64,000 nucleotides of DNA, taken from Bugula neritina. Its lineage: Eukaryota > Animalia > Bryozoa. Position numbers and translations under genes: made by a program. Below, in pieces: positions 27,901 to 42,197 of the stretch. The DNA lies in contig OZ037767.1 of NCBI GenBank assembly GCA_964035545.1, positions 879,680 through 943,679 on the forward strand, given 5' to 3'. Each line of letters opens with the position of its first letter. Positions within the stretch are counted from its first letter, which is position 1. The notes beneath the pieces were generated by a model that did no database searches, had not been told where the DNA came from, and worked only from the letters and a program-made list of their open reading frames with translations.

Positions 27901-30900
27901 AGTGACCATAGCTGTGGGTCCTAGCTCTAGCTGGCTGGATTGCTCTGCCCACCCATATCACTGCTGCTACTCACTGTTCTCACAGTCTAATAACAGCCCA
28001 ACCTCCTGTTTATATTACTACTAGTACTACTACTACTACTGCTACTACTAGTACTACTACTACTACTAGTACTACTACTACTACCAGTACGACTACCACT
28101 ACTACCACGACTACCACTACTACCAGTACTACTACCACTACTATCACTACTATCACCACCACAACAAATTTCACTCTTAAAATTATGTGTAACATGTTAG
28201 TGGTAGTGATGTTAGCAATAACAATATTCAGTAGTGTTGTCACTGAGGTGAAGGTGAAATGAAGGTCACATGTCACTGTAGATCAGCAGCAGCAGTTGAA
28301 TCAGCAATATGCAGATGCTGTGGGGTTTGGGGTTGTTGGTGGGAGCAGGAGAAGGAGGTTATCTGCTGACAATCACCACCTCCACCACTTTAAGTCTCCG
28401 TTGGTAGCCAATGGTAAGTCTGTTGGCTTACTCTCTCTCTCTCTGTGTACTCTCTCTCTGTATACTCTCTCTGTATACTCTACCTGTATACTCTCTACTC
28501 TGTATGCTCTACTCTGTATACTCTACTCTGTATACTCTACTTTCTGTACTCTCTCTCTGTATACTCTGTATACTCTGTATACTCTCTCTGTACACTCTAC
28601 TCTGTACACTCTACTCTGTATACTCTCTGTACCCTACTATACTCTTTCTACTCATGTAGTATATAATACTATATACTTTACTCTCTACTATATGCTTGTA
28701 TACTCTCTACTATATACTTGTATACTCTACTATATACTATACTATATACTATACTCTCTACTATATACTGTATACTCTCTACTATATACTCTACTATATA
28801 CTATACTATATACTATATACTCTCTACTATATACTATATACTCTCTACTATATACTCTACTATATACTATACTATATACCAGGGTTGGGGTCAATTACAT
28901 GTGAATGTAATTAATTACAATTACAATTACATGACAATTTGTCAATTACAATTACAATTATAATTACAGTCAAATAGTAATGTAATTAATTACAATTACA
29001 ATTACATGGCAATGTAATTAATTACAATTACAATTACTTTTGTTCTCGCAAGAGATAAATAAAAGTTATGCAATTTCACCTCTAGGGTCCAACTAGCAGG
29101 GGCAATTTTGACAGTGCTGAACCTCCTTTGCACTCAACAGTGATACTATACCACATTGACAATTAATCTGAATTTGTTATTTATTAGTAGGCATGGTAGG
29201 AAAAGTATGAAACTTTTAGGATTTCAAAGTTTGAAGTAATTGACATGTAATTATAAAGTAATTGTAAAAATCAATTACATTAGATATGTAATTAATTACA
29301 ATTACAATTACAATTACATTTTTATACATCAATTACAAATTACATTCAATTACTTGAAAAAATGTAATTAATTACAACCAATTACAATTACAAATTACAA
29401 TTACCCCAACCCTGCTATATACTATATACTATACTATATACTATATACTCTCTACTATATACTCTCTACTATATACTATATACTCTCTACTATATACTAT
29501 ATACTCTCTACTATATACTCTCTACTATATACTGTATACTCTCTACTATATACTGTATACTCTCTACTATATACTTGTATACTCTCTACTATATACTTGT
29601 ATACTCTCTACTATATACTTGTATACTCTCTACTATATACTTGTATACTCTCTACTATATACTTGTATACTCTCTACTATATACTATATACTCTCTACTA
29701 TATGTTGTATACTCTCACTACACACTGCATGAACTATGTGAGACTGAAGTTTGTACTCATCAGTTTGTCTCACTGAACCCAACAGCTGGAAGATGTCTGT
29801 CTGTGTGTCAGTATGACAAGCTGTGACTGATAGTGTTGTGGTAGACCACAGGTGGCAGACCACAGGCCGTATTATTGGTGTCAAGTGTCGTGTTATTACA
29901 GAGTTGCTGTCAAGGTCAGATGGTGCTGCACATTTCAAAAGTCCTCCACTAGGAGGGGTGAAGAGGAAGAGAATGCGTCCCGACCCGCTAGTCATTCCCC
30001 CCAACCTGGCCAGTGCTCAGACTAGACTCCGCTCTCCTAGGATATGCGAGGCAGCGGAGAACCCCAGGCAAGTGGCTTTTAGTTCTCTCTCTCGGTAGTT
30101 GTTCTCTTTCTCTTGGTAGTTGTTCTCTCTCTTTCTTGGTAGTTGTTCTCTTTCTCTCTTGGCAGTTGTTCTCTCTCTCTCTCTTTTGGTAGTTGTTCTC
30201 TCTCATGATACTAAAGTCAGCGTGGTAGTGATGCCGTACTGTAATGCTGGTTTGTGTCGCAGGTCCAGACACCCTAGCAGGACGCCCCCGCCCTACACCC
30301 CACCCCCAATACTCTCACCAATAAGGAGTGGAACTGGACTATTCCACGGCATATATCGGCCTCAAGGCGCCCCTTCAACGGCTCCCTCAGCCTCCACAGC
30401 CAGCCTGAGTACCTCACTGCCAGCCCCCCGGCTAGCCCAGCTCAAACACACGCCCATCCCCGAGGAGGACCAGCTGCAGGAAGAGGACCCCCTCCAACTA
30501 GAGCCCTCTCAGCCACCCCCTGCCCCCCTCTCTGTCCCACAGCCCCTGCTCACTTTTCCTGTCAAGTCTGAGGCAGTGGAGCTCACGGCACCCACAGAGT
30601 CTCTTGTCCAGCAGCACGCTGACGCACCTGTCTGTGGGGACAGTGACAGCGTGCCTGAGGTGCCTCCTGCCCCCGTCACGGACACCCAACCTCACATCAA
30701 CATCGGGACTGGTCACCAGGCTACCTTGCCGACTTTGAGAAGTGAGTTACTAGTGTATAGTGTTACTAGTGTATAGAGTTACTAGTGTATAGTGGATAGA
30801 GTTACTAGTGTATATAGTTGATAGAGTTACTAGTATATAGTTGATAGAGTTACTAGTGTATAGTGTATAGAGTTACTAGTGTATACAGTAGATAGAGTTT

Positions 30901-32656
30901 CTAGTATATAGTTGATAGAGTTGTTAGTATATAGTTGAAGCTTTAAGAATTATCTTCCCTTGCTAAGGTAACCGCCGGGAAGCTGAGAGAGACGAGGACA
31001 AAGCTACACTGATGTGGACACCAGAGTGCTTGGATCACTGCATCACAGTACAAGAGTGTGAGTATAACTTCCTGTCTGTCTGTATGTCTGACTGACTATA
31101 CGGACATGTTCTACCTCCCTCTCCGTGTGTTGCAGTGACAGCTTATATGGACCTGTCGAGAAGTGCTGCCGTCCCGGGGTGTGGCTCCAACCAGGAATAC
31201 GCCCTCCACCAGCTCTACTACAACAAAGGTGACATCAGGCGCGCTGTCCTCGCTCTCATGTCCAAGAATGTTTCCCCCCAGTTCCTCCAGTTCGTTCAGG
31301 GCTACCACTACCAGAACTCCGACCTCTGGTCCCCCGAGGACATCCAACTCTTCCGAGACGTCATCGCCAGGGTGGATAAGGACTTTATCTCCATCACTAA
31401 AGAGGTGAGTCGACTGTTGGGTGTCGACTGTTGAGTGTTGTCTGTGTTGTTATGTTGGTAGTCTCTCTCACTGTGTGTTCTATTCTCTCTCACTGTGTGT
31501 TCTATTCTCTCCCTCTTTGCAGTTCAAAGGTAGGAAAACACACAAGCAGTGCGTAGAGTTCTACTACTTTTGGAAGAAAGTCTGCATCGATGAATACAAG
31601 CGTCTGGGCAGAAAGAGGAAATACAACCTACGCTCTAGACGAGGTACGTATTGTCTGTCTGTCTGTCTCGTATCTCTTACTATACTCACTGATCTCTCAC
31701 TATACCCACTGATCTCTCTCTATACTCACTGATCTCTCTCTATACTCACTGATCTCTCACTATACTCACTAATCTCTCTCACCATACTCACTGATCTCTC
31801 TCTATACTCACTGATCTCTCTCTATACTCACTGATCTCTCTCTATACTCACTGATCTCTCTCTATACTCACTGATCTCTCTCTCACATACTCACTGATCT
31901 CTCACTTGGCAGAGAGAAGAGGAAACAACAACAGTTCCCCTGCTGAAGTGCTGCCCTCTGACGACTACGAAGACTCGACTAGCCTCAACGACGAGTCAGG
32001 AGAAGGAGAGATTGAGGAGGCGTGCAGCGCCACGCCCAGCCCCCTTCCCTCGTACGTGGTGCCCCCTCAGTCTATGGAGACCTACATTCCTCCTCCCCAG
32101 CAGCTCCTCTATCACTGTGACTATCCAGAGTGCGCTGCCGTAAGTACAACCTGCTGTCGTCTCTGCCATGTCTCTGTCCGCCAACTCCTCGACTCGTTGC
32201 TTTATTCTTGTTTCAATTTTAGGTGTTCAATTCAAAGCCTGCTCTGAATGGACACGCTAAGGTGCACGTGCTGCCTCACCAGCTGCCACAACACTCGGGC
32301 ATCAACCCTATGAGGACACACCTACCTCCACCATCAAAGAAAGTGAAGTCGGAGCCCTCGGCACCTCCAAACGGTGACATGATGGGTGCTGATGGAATGC
32401 CGCGTACAGAATTTCCCTGCAAACTTTGTGGAAAGTGAGTAGCGAGTCGGCTTGTTTCAGCTGTTGGGTTCACCCACTCCAACTGTCGACTAGATTCAGT
32501 CAGAGCTGTAGGTCAAATAATGTGTCTTATTTTTGTAGGGTTTTCTACAAAGTGAAGTCACGAAGCGCCCACATGAAGAGTCACAGCGAAGTGGCGAGGA
32601 AGGCCCGGGAGGCTGCTAAGGAAGCCAAGCAAAGAGCCCGTCTTTCTCAACTCTAG
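941..32656 (+). CDS. ZNF541: ZNF541/TRERF1/MIDEAS-family transcriptional corepressor (C2H2 zinc fingers + ELM2 + SANT), 20 coding exons, ~1633 aa
   Basis: Exons: 941-1138, 1411-1771, 2225-2614, 5131-5321, 6077-6181, 7621-7816, 16342-16549, 17117-17289, 17412-17559, 17734-17845, 25851-26856, 28282-28413, 29902-30067, 30263-30741, 30968-31057, 31136-31404, 31523-31643, 31913-32139, 32223-32434, 32539-32656. All phases are compatible (4902 nt total). Start is GCCATGG with an in-frame stop upstream. Motifs: CPICGKTFNNSSALAKHKLTHSDERKYVCQLCSKAFKRQDHLNGHMMTH...CSKSYCDARSLRRH (ZNF541-type triple finger); CTICHKRFKNLPALNGHMRLH; RPDPLVIPP; PYTPPPILSPIRSGTGLF; ELM2 (PHINIGTGHQATLP...ATLMWTP...NQEYALHQL); SANT (WSPEDIQLF...KQCVEFYYFWKK); C-terminal finger [23 protein letters not shown]. 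Confidence 0.92.
1121..1365 (+). repeat. 41-bp x6 repeat spanning the exon-1 donor
   Basis: Unit CAACACCAGCAGTATAAG|GTAAGTACGTTAGAGTAAGTACG at 1121, 1162, 1203, 1244, 1285, 1326. Confidence 0.95.
2621..2870. repeat. CTCTGTATACT-type microsatellite followed by (ACTC)n
   Basis: Starts just after the donor at 2615. Confidence 0.9.
3805..3945. repeat. 11-bp repeat (CACTACCACTA)n
   Basis: Directly visible. Confidence 0.9.
4912..5048. repeat. 21-bp repeat (ACTGGCCCGGCCACCACCTCT) x~6
   Basis: Directly visible; intronic. Confidence 0.9.
5352..6055. repeat. 16-bp repeat (GTAGACTGAGTAGAGA)n filling intron 4
   Basis: About 43 copies. Confidence 0.95.
7803..8034 (+). repeat. ~26-bp repeat spanning the exon-6 donor
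   Basis: Unit TACTCTGTCTGATA|GTGAGTATATAG; about 8 copies of ATA|GTGAGT. Confidence 0.9.
9400..10330 (+). promoter_or_regulatory. Putative intronic alternative promoter
   Basis: Cluster of CCAAT words (~9414-9495, ATTGG ~9811), TATATAAATAG at 9913-9923, perfect CRE TGACGTCA at 10320-10327, and locally raised CpG density in otherwise CpG-poor intron. Confidence 0.45.
10520..10595 (+). CDS. Putative alternative first coding exon of the ZNF541-like gene (MDLSMKTWRSRYNQSVETQPSLDLS)
   Basis: ATG at 10520, in-frame TAG at 10478, donor CAG|GTAAAC in phase 1 matching the phase-1 zinc-finger exon at 16342. Lies downstream of a TATA/CCAAT/CpG-rich region. Confidence 0.55.
10876..11187. repeat. ~23-bp repeat TAGTCATGTGACTGTAGACAGTA
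   Basis: Directly visible. Confidence 0.92.
13160..13445. repeat. 24-bp repeat ACTGAGTTAGAGTATTCACTAGTA
   Basis: Directly visible. Confidence 0.92.
14698..14875. repeat. 14-bp repeat TAGTAGTGTACTGT
   Basis: Directly visible. Confidence 0.9.
16028..16300. repeat. 15-bp repeat TACTACTACCTACAG upstream of the exon-7 acceptor
   Basis: Directly visible; source of the spurious poly-Y/T/S ORFs. Confidence 0.92.
17588..17706. repeat. 20-bp repeat TCCCAGAATTCTCTGCACTG x6
   Basis: Fills most of intron 9. Confidence 0.9.
18068..19208. mobile_element. Non-autonomous hAT-type MITE, copy 1 (contains a nested insertion)
   Basis: TIR CAGGGTTGGGGT...ACCCCAACCCTG; perfect 8-bp TSD GCTGATAA (18060-18067 and 19209-19216); subterminal (AATTAC)/(GTAATT) repeats; second copy at 28880. 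Confidence 0.9.
18320..18944. mobile_element. Nested foldback MITE with ~200-bp imperfect inverted arms
   Basis: Absent from the 28880 copy. Ends GTCATTCCATACCA / TGGCATGGAATGAC(CC). Arm GTCTCAGATTTTG...GACCTACACATG...CCTGACACAAAAA mirrors 18815-18900. Flanked by TA. Confidence 0.8.
19380..20050. repeat. ~23-bp repeat TACTATAGCATTTCATCTCTACA
   Basis: Directly visible. Confidence 0.95.
21478..21710. repeat. ~30-bp repeat GCAGTAGCAGGTGACTGTTATACCATGGCAT
   Basis: About 8 copies. Confidence 0.9.
23080..23496 (+). promoter_or_regulatory. Possible second intronic promoter and non-coding first exon
   Basis: CpG-enriched patch with ATTGG (~23158, ~23260), GC box CTCCGCCC (~23175), TATTTATAA (23291) and a strong orphan donor ACG|GTGAGT at 23496/23497. 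Confidence 0.3.
26562..26703 (+). repeat. Coding 27-bp minisatellite (HQHTETAMS) x5 in exon 11
   Basis: In-frame tandem repeat. Confidence 0.9.
28430..29700. repeat. TATACTCTCTAC-type microsatellite field interrupted by a MITE
   Basis: Directly visible. Confidence 0.9.
28880..29414. mobile_element. Non-autonomous hAT-type MITE, copy 2 (535 bp, uninterrupted)
   Basis: Same TIRs; 8-bp TSD CTATATAC (28872-28879 and 29415-29422); inserted in a TATAC-type microsatellite. Confidence 0.9.
31680..31905. repeat. 20-bp repeat TATACTCACTGATCTCTCTC
   Basis: Runs up to the exon-18 acceptor. Confidence 0.92.
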
Positions 32657-35070
32657 ACTGAGACCCTGTTTGATTCTCCTTCCTGTGTGCTTCTTAATAT
32701 CAAAACTTAGTTTCAAATTCTTGCTGATATTTTTTCACTCTCGAATCAAATAGATGTCCTTGCGACATGATTTTTACTGTACAGGGTGGTCAGGAGACTG
32801 CAGTTGGAGATGTGCAGATAGCTGGTTACTCACCACACAGACTGTACACGCTACTTTATAGTTTTACATTTTACTCTCTATCCTCATACATTAGATAAAT
32901 CAAAATTTATTTTAATAAATTCATATATTAAAGGTTAATCTATCGCTTGTACTTTTTGTGTAAAAATATACTGTATTTTGCTACATTTAATTTGTTACCA
33001 AAAATGTATCTTTTGTGAAAATCCATTTTTAATCATTTTTGTAACAATAGATATATAGAGTTTTGACCAGTAAAGTAGTTTGCTGACATCATTTTACTAG
33101 TAACTCATACTGTTACTGAAGACTCTAGGTTTATATAATTAGTATATATCTACTTGTACAAGTATAAATTACATAAGAATCGTGTCAGAATTATTTCCAG
33201 CCAACACATCGCTTGGTTATTTTTATATCTGATGTATGTGTTCAACTTTGAAAATAAAATACTACGCAATTCTCAGCAGAAACTTTGTTATTTTCACATT
33301 AGTTGAAATTTCTAGTCAAGTTCCAAGTCATTAAAGAATTGCTTCTCAAATGCGGCTTACTTGGAAGGCTGTGAAAAAAGGTACTCAGTTGGTTAATAGA
33401 AATAAGATTTGTTGTATGCAAAGTTTTGCTAGAAGGTATGAAGGTATTTGTGATATGACTCGACACAAACTTCCCAAATATGGTTGGTCAAAGACTGCCT
33501 TTTGTAAAAGTTGAAAATTATTGCCAGATATTGATTCAGTAACTGGTGAGACAATATAACTGGTAAATTAATTATTTGTTGCTTGCGAAATGTAATCCAT
33601 AAATGAAATGAGATTCTTTTAGGGCATGAACTGTAAGTAACCACACAGCATTGAATAACCATACCATTGCGCTCCACCAGGAAATATCAGTGCTAACTGT
33701 GGAATTATCATCTTTCCCTTGTCTCGTGACTTTCATTGACCCGTTCAGTAGTAATGAAGAGATCGAGCGAATACTTGGAGTCGGTTTGAATGTGTTGTAT
33801 TAATATAATTACAATAACAAATTGAAATACCATCCTGTGATTTTCACCTTCATGATAAACATGATGTTGATATTCTAATTTATTTCATTTTTCTTATTTA
33901 TATTTATAATTGTTTTAATTACCAGTTGCTGGGTAGTGTTACTGTCACCACTGGGCGCTGGCACTTGCGTCAACTTGAGCTCTGAGTTATTGTTAATGTT
34001 GAAGTTTTATTTTACCCTTCGGCTTCGACTGATACTCACACTTTGGCTGATACTGATAGTGACAGTCATACTGATGGTGAATGTGATAATACTAAAAGTA
34101 CTAGTATTAGTACTACGTCTACTGGGTCTGGTGGTGATGCTAACATGGTGCTACCAGGGGCAATAGTTCATTAGTTGTGGTCATTCTCGTACTCGTAGTC
34201 ATTATGATTAACTTTAAGGCTTAAGCCCCTGGTATTGGTATTACTATTGCTATATCTTTATTTTATTCATATATTTATAGTTATTCTTATAGTAATACTT
34301 ATATTTATATTTTTCTAAGCCTTCAAGTTTTAGTTTAGCAGTGAGTAATAATTATAATGATCATCGTGACTACTTTATCTTAATGATAATAATTATCATT
34401 ATCATTATGATTATGATAACCATACATTAGGTTTAACATAAGATTAAGTTTCATTAATTCAAAAAATAAATAACATTTATGATTATATTCATAGTTCATA
34501 TTACTATTAGTGAATGTGATACTGATAATAAATCCTTATAGGGAAACTAAATGTAATAGTTGCTGCTTGTGTTTAGCTATTGCTTACGTTATACTTATAT
34601 TTACATTAAAATTATAAAGTTTTACTGTTGTTCATAATAATATTGCCAATTATATTTGGTAAATTACAATATTTACTTGTTCACTTGAAGTTATATTCCT
34701 TCCAGCATCCTATTGTGATAACAATTGTCGATTGGTTTCAAGTTGATATTTATAATTGAATAGATTCGATGATATCATTCTTTATTTTTTTAATATAAAA
34801 TATGTAATTTTAAGAATTAACTAATTGATGATTAATGAATAGTTGATTAGTTCATACCGATAGTATGTGTATCATGACGCTCTCAATTTTAATGATTATT
34901 AGCTTTTAGTTTGATCAGTAAATGGCTTTTGGTTACTACAAAATATGAGTATGAGATATCTCATTATTTGTTCAACATGAGAATAAGTTTGTGCCATAAA
35001 TGTCTTAGTTTGGTATCTTTTATTGAAAGAGAAATGTTTACAATCAACTGTTTGGTTCACATCAGGTAAA

Positions 35071-38393
<3,323 letters not shown>

Positions 38394-39053
38394 CTTCCAA
38401 CCACCTGCAACACTTGTCTAATAAAGTGACATTAAACTGACAGCTGTCTATTACCATAGCACTTGCCTGGTGTTTTGTGTTCATTCTAATACTGACTATT
38501 GCCTGGTGTATCGGTAAGTGAGTGTTGGTTATTCCACAATGATGCACTTTTCTATCTTCTCATACTCAGTCTATATCAGTTATTCTGATTATTATAAAAT
38601 TATGAATTTTTATTAAAAATTATAAAGTTTCAGCTAAAAAATAAATTGTATAACTAATGCTTTATTAAGCTATATTTGCATAAAGCACATTTTAATTTTT
38701 TAGAAAGGTCCTTTTTCTCCTCTTGTAACAATCTTTTAAAATTAATGACAACAGGTTTTACTGGAGTTTAATCTGTGTTATGTAAAGATTATTTTGATTT
38801 TATCTCACGTCAAATCTTATCCAGTTTCACAATTCTTTTGATCTTTCTGTGTTACACAATTATTATATAAAATTATTTTATTTTTATGCATATAGTGATT
38901 CAGAACAGTTTTACTAATATTTTTATAATAAACTTGCTAAACCAGTTTATTTGTAATCAAGTAATTTAAATTCCATTAAAATGATAAGTTTAAAATATTT
39001 CAAATTAATAATTTTCAAGACATCTCCAGTCAAGGCAGCAGTAGTCAAGACAG

Positions 39054-41404
39054 CTAGTATTTCCGGCACCCATCTCGTCCCAACGCCTTATACCCTTCCT
39101 TACATCGGCATATCCCGTCTGCTTTGCACTCGGTGAACTGTGACAGGAAGTACTGGCAGTCAGCGTCAGTCCGGCAAGGCAGCAAGTCCAGTCTCACTAC
39201 AATTCACATGTTGGCTCGCTGTATTCATTTTTGTATAAAAAATGGTTATAAAGATTTTAAAATTAGGCCTTGAACCCTTGCCAGGCTCTACAACATGTAC
39301 CCCAGTAGGGTGCTGCACATGTATTCAGTAGGTGTATTCTATCGTTTACCAAATCTCTGAGGTTTACAGCATCTTATCACTCGCAGAACACTGCTTTATC
39401 CGTACTCACAGCATCGCTAGCCATTAATACAGCCAATTGAGTGTCTGAAAAAGTTTAGGAAACTTACCAGCCTTTTTCTTGACACACTCGTCTCCTCCTC
39501 TTGCAATATACGAAGCTTTACACTCGCAGATGTAGATTCCTTTGTTCCGTTTGCAGGATGCATTGCTGTCCAATTGTTCACATCTCTCGTCATAGCGCCT
39601 TCGACATATGCCACCTGAAATTAGTTAGATCATTACAGTAGAGACAGTCTGAAGCAAGTCACCAACAAACTTATCGGTGCCAAATTCTTATAACGCTCTA
39701 AAATGTGGGTCAAGCTCATAAGTTATGCTGAAGATTGCTGGTACTTAGCTATCAAATATATATTTTCAAGGGAGCTCAAATTGATAGAATTCCCACCAGC
39801 TCTATTAATAATTTTCTTACCTATTTTCAATGTCTCTTTCACGTTACTAAGTGTTTTGGGTGCAGGTGAGAGAGTCTGAGGTGTTGTGTTAACTGTGCTC
39901 CTAGTAGTGGTTGTAGGTCTGGTGTGGGGTGCTTTTGGTGGAGGTAGAGCGTAGGGTGTTGTTTGAGTTCTTGGGTGGTGTGCTTTTGGTGGAGGCGGAG
40001 CGTAGCGTGTTGTTTGAGTTTTTGGGTGGGATGCTTTTGGTGGAGGCGGAGCGTAGGGTGTTGTTTGAGTTTTTGGGTAGGGTGCTCTCGGTGGAGGTGA
40101 AGTGAATGGTTTTCTGTCAGGTGGCATGTAGGGTGTCAGTTGGCCCGAGGTACTTGGGAGATGACCGGAATGTTGTGTTAGCGGCTCAGTTGGAGTTGAC
40201 CACAATGTATTTGTATCTGGTGTGGTTTTGGTAACGCCCTCTATGTTAGTGACAGTATGACTAATTGTGTTCCTTCGGCTCACTATAACTGTATGTGTGC
40301 CGTTTCTATCTGGAGAGTAATAGTCTAGGCTGGTGTCTGGGTGGCAGGTGGGACTCCCCTGGTAACCTCGCCGACATCTGCACCAGAACAGGTCTCCCTC
40401 TGGGTAGCATTGTCCATGATTTCTGCAAGGGTTTGGGTGGCAGGGATTCTCTGTAAACAAATTACTAATTTGTGTGTTTGTTTTATATCAATTGGTTTCT
40501 GATTTATTTTTTAAAAAACTTGCTGGGTGGTGTTTTCTGCACTATCTATGACTACCAACATGGGAACTGTCTGTTTCTTGTTACGTAAGACTATGATATT
40601 TCATGTCTACATTAGGTATAAATAAAATTAGTTTTATTCTGACGAGTCTGAATTCACACAAACACTACTCACCAGACAATTGGTACCTTTCCACAGGATA
40701 CAGTTTGCTGCTGGGTAGTTCAGTTCTCCTAGGTATTGGTACGAGTCTCTCGCACTGTCCACAGCTGATCTCCACGCACGGCATGCCCTTACCCTGGTAG
40801 AATGAGTCTTCCAGTCTTGTTCCCAGTGGACAGAACTTCTGGACGGCGTACCCTCCAGCGCACACAAAGTACGCACAAGTAGAGGATTTGCTGGCCATGT
40901 AGTAGATACTTGGGAAGTCAGGATCACATGCTAAACACGAGGTTAGAGATATACCTGCTAACTCGTCGTACTACTTGACATTTTAATACTAAACATAATA
41001 CTAAGTTGAAACGTTTCAAATAAAAGCATTACATGATGCAACAACATATGAGGACTCGCTTTCTCTCAATGTTGAAAATAGTCTACCAACCAAATTTTAC
41101 TAAAGAAGCTCAAATTTTAATAAAGCTCAACAAAGAAATTAAAGAAGTAACGAGTTGTTGATTTTTGATAATCCCAATTGCCTAGTTTAAAGTTTTCTAA
41201 AAATATGTTTTTTTTCTTTTAAAATTATTTGAGCCCATAATAAATGTTATTTCCCTCACCTTCAACTTGATCAATGGAGATGAGTCCATCTTGGATCACG
41301 AAATTTCTCAAATCATTGTACATTTGCTCAGTGGAGCTCTCTGTTACCTCTATTGTAATACAAAACATAATAGCTATAATTATTAATAGCAACTTATATT
41401 GCAT
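39054..41404 (-). CDS. Secreted Cys-rich protein: signal peptide, chitin-binding type-2-like module, EGF domain, Pro/Thr-rich mucin/extensin-like stalk, two EB/EGF-like modules; 5 exons, ~440 aa
   Basis: Exons (minus strand) 41404-41260, 40930-40673, 40450-39821, 39614-39468, 39196-39054; all introns GT-AG phase 1 (1323 nt). Motifs MQYKLLLIIIAIMFCITIEVTES; CAYFVCAGGYAVQKFCPLGT; NPCHPNPCRNHGQCYPEGDLFWCRCRRGYQG; CRTDADCQYFLSQFTECKADGICRCKEGY. Confidence 0.8.
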
Positions 41405-42197
41405 TGTCTGTCTTTTTCTCTCTCTCTTATCCAACACCAATTAACAAAATACAGCCACTGTTAGCAGAATAACTACCCTCCCGAAAATACTATAACATTC
41501 TGTGCTATTTCAGTGAGGTTGTTAGTATATAACAGCCACCATGCAAAGATTATTAAAACACTGGTGAGCTTGAGATTACGTAACTTAAACACCATTAGTT
41601 AATGGCTCTCAGATCTAGATGTTATGTTGGTATTATTTGTTTATTCACCTAGTGGATGGTAGCATTGCCTATACTAATTAGTGACTTGTGTGGGATTACG
41701 GTGGCCATTGTCTTCTAGATTAGAGTAATCCTCCATCCCTGACCGATTTCCCAACTGACAGGCGGTCATTATGTTTATGTTGAACTTCAAACGTGCCTGA
41801 GTAAAGAACACAGCACTCTGTTGAGTTATTTAAGTTTTAGCTATAGAATCTCTAAAAGAATTTCATAAGAAAAGAAAAAAAATTGCATCGACACTATTAA
41901 GTTGGCAAAAAGTATTTAGCAAGCTGTTCAGACAGGAAGTTGTTAATGAGAATACCTATGACCTAAGGCTAAGGTGAAAGATGCCAGTCACACACCAAAT
42001 ACAATAGTAGACTGCTGCATCTGAAGGTCATGTCAACCCACACTGTCGGTATCTGCAGGTGCATTGTGGGAAGTAGCTGATTGTTGACTGTGACATCCTG
42101 TGGTGACATAAGGTTGAACATAACAGCAAAGTTTACAGCTATAATCAGTCATTATTTCACTCTACTAGTTAATTTAAATTGTTGAATTTTGAAGACA

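Noticed and set aside
39410-39445. Alternative acceptor TTTCAG for the minus-strand gene
   Set aside because: It would imply a 23-nt intron; the acceptor at 39197 gives a complete in-phase EB module.
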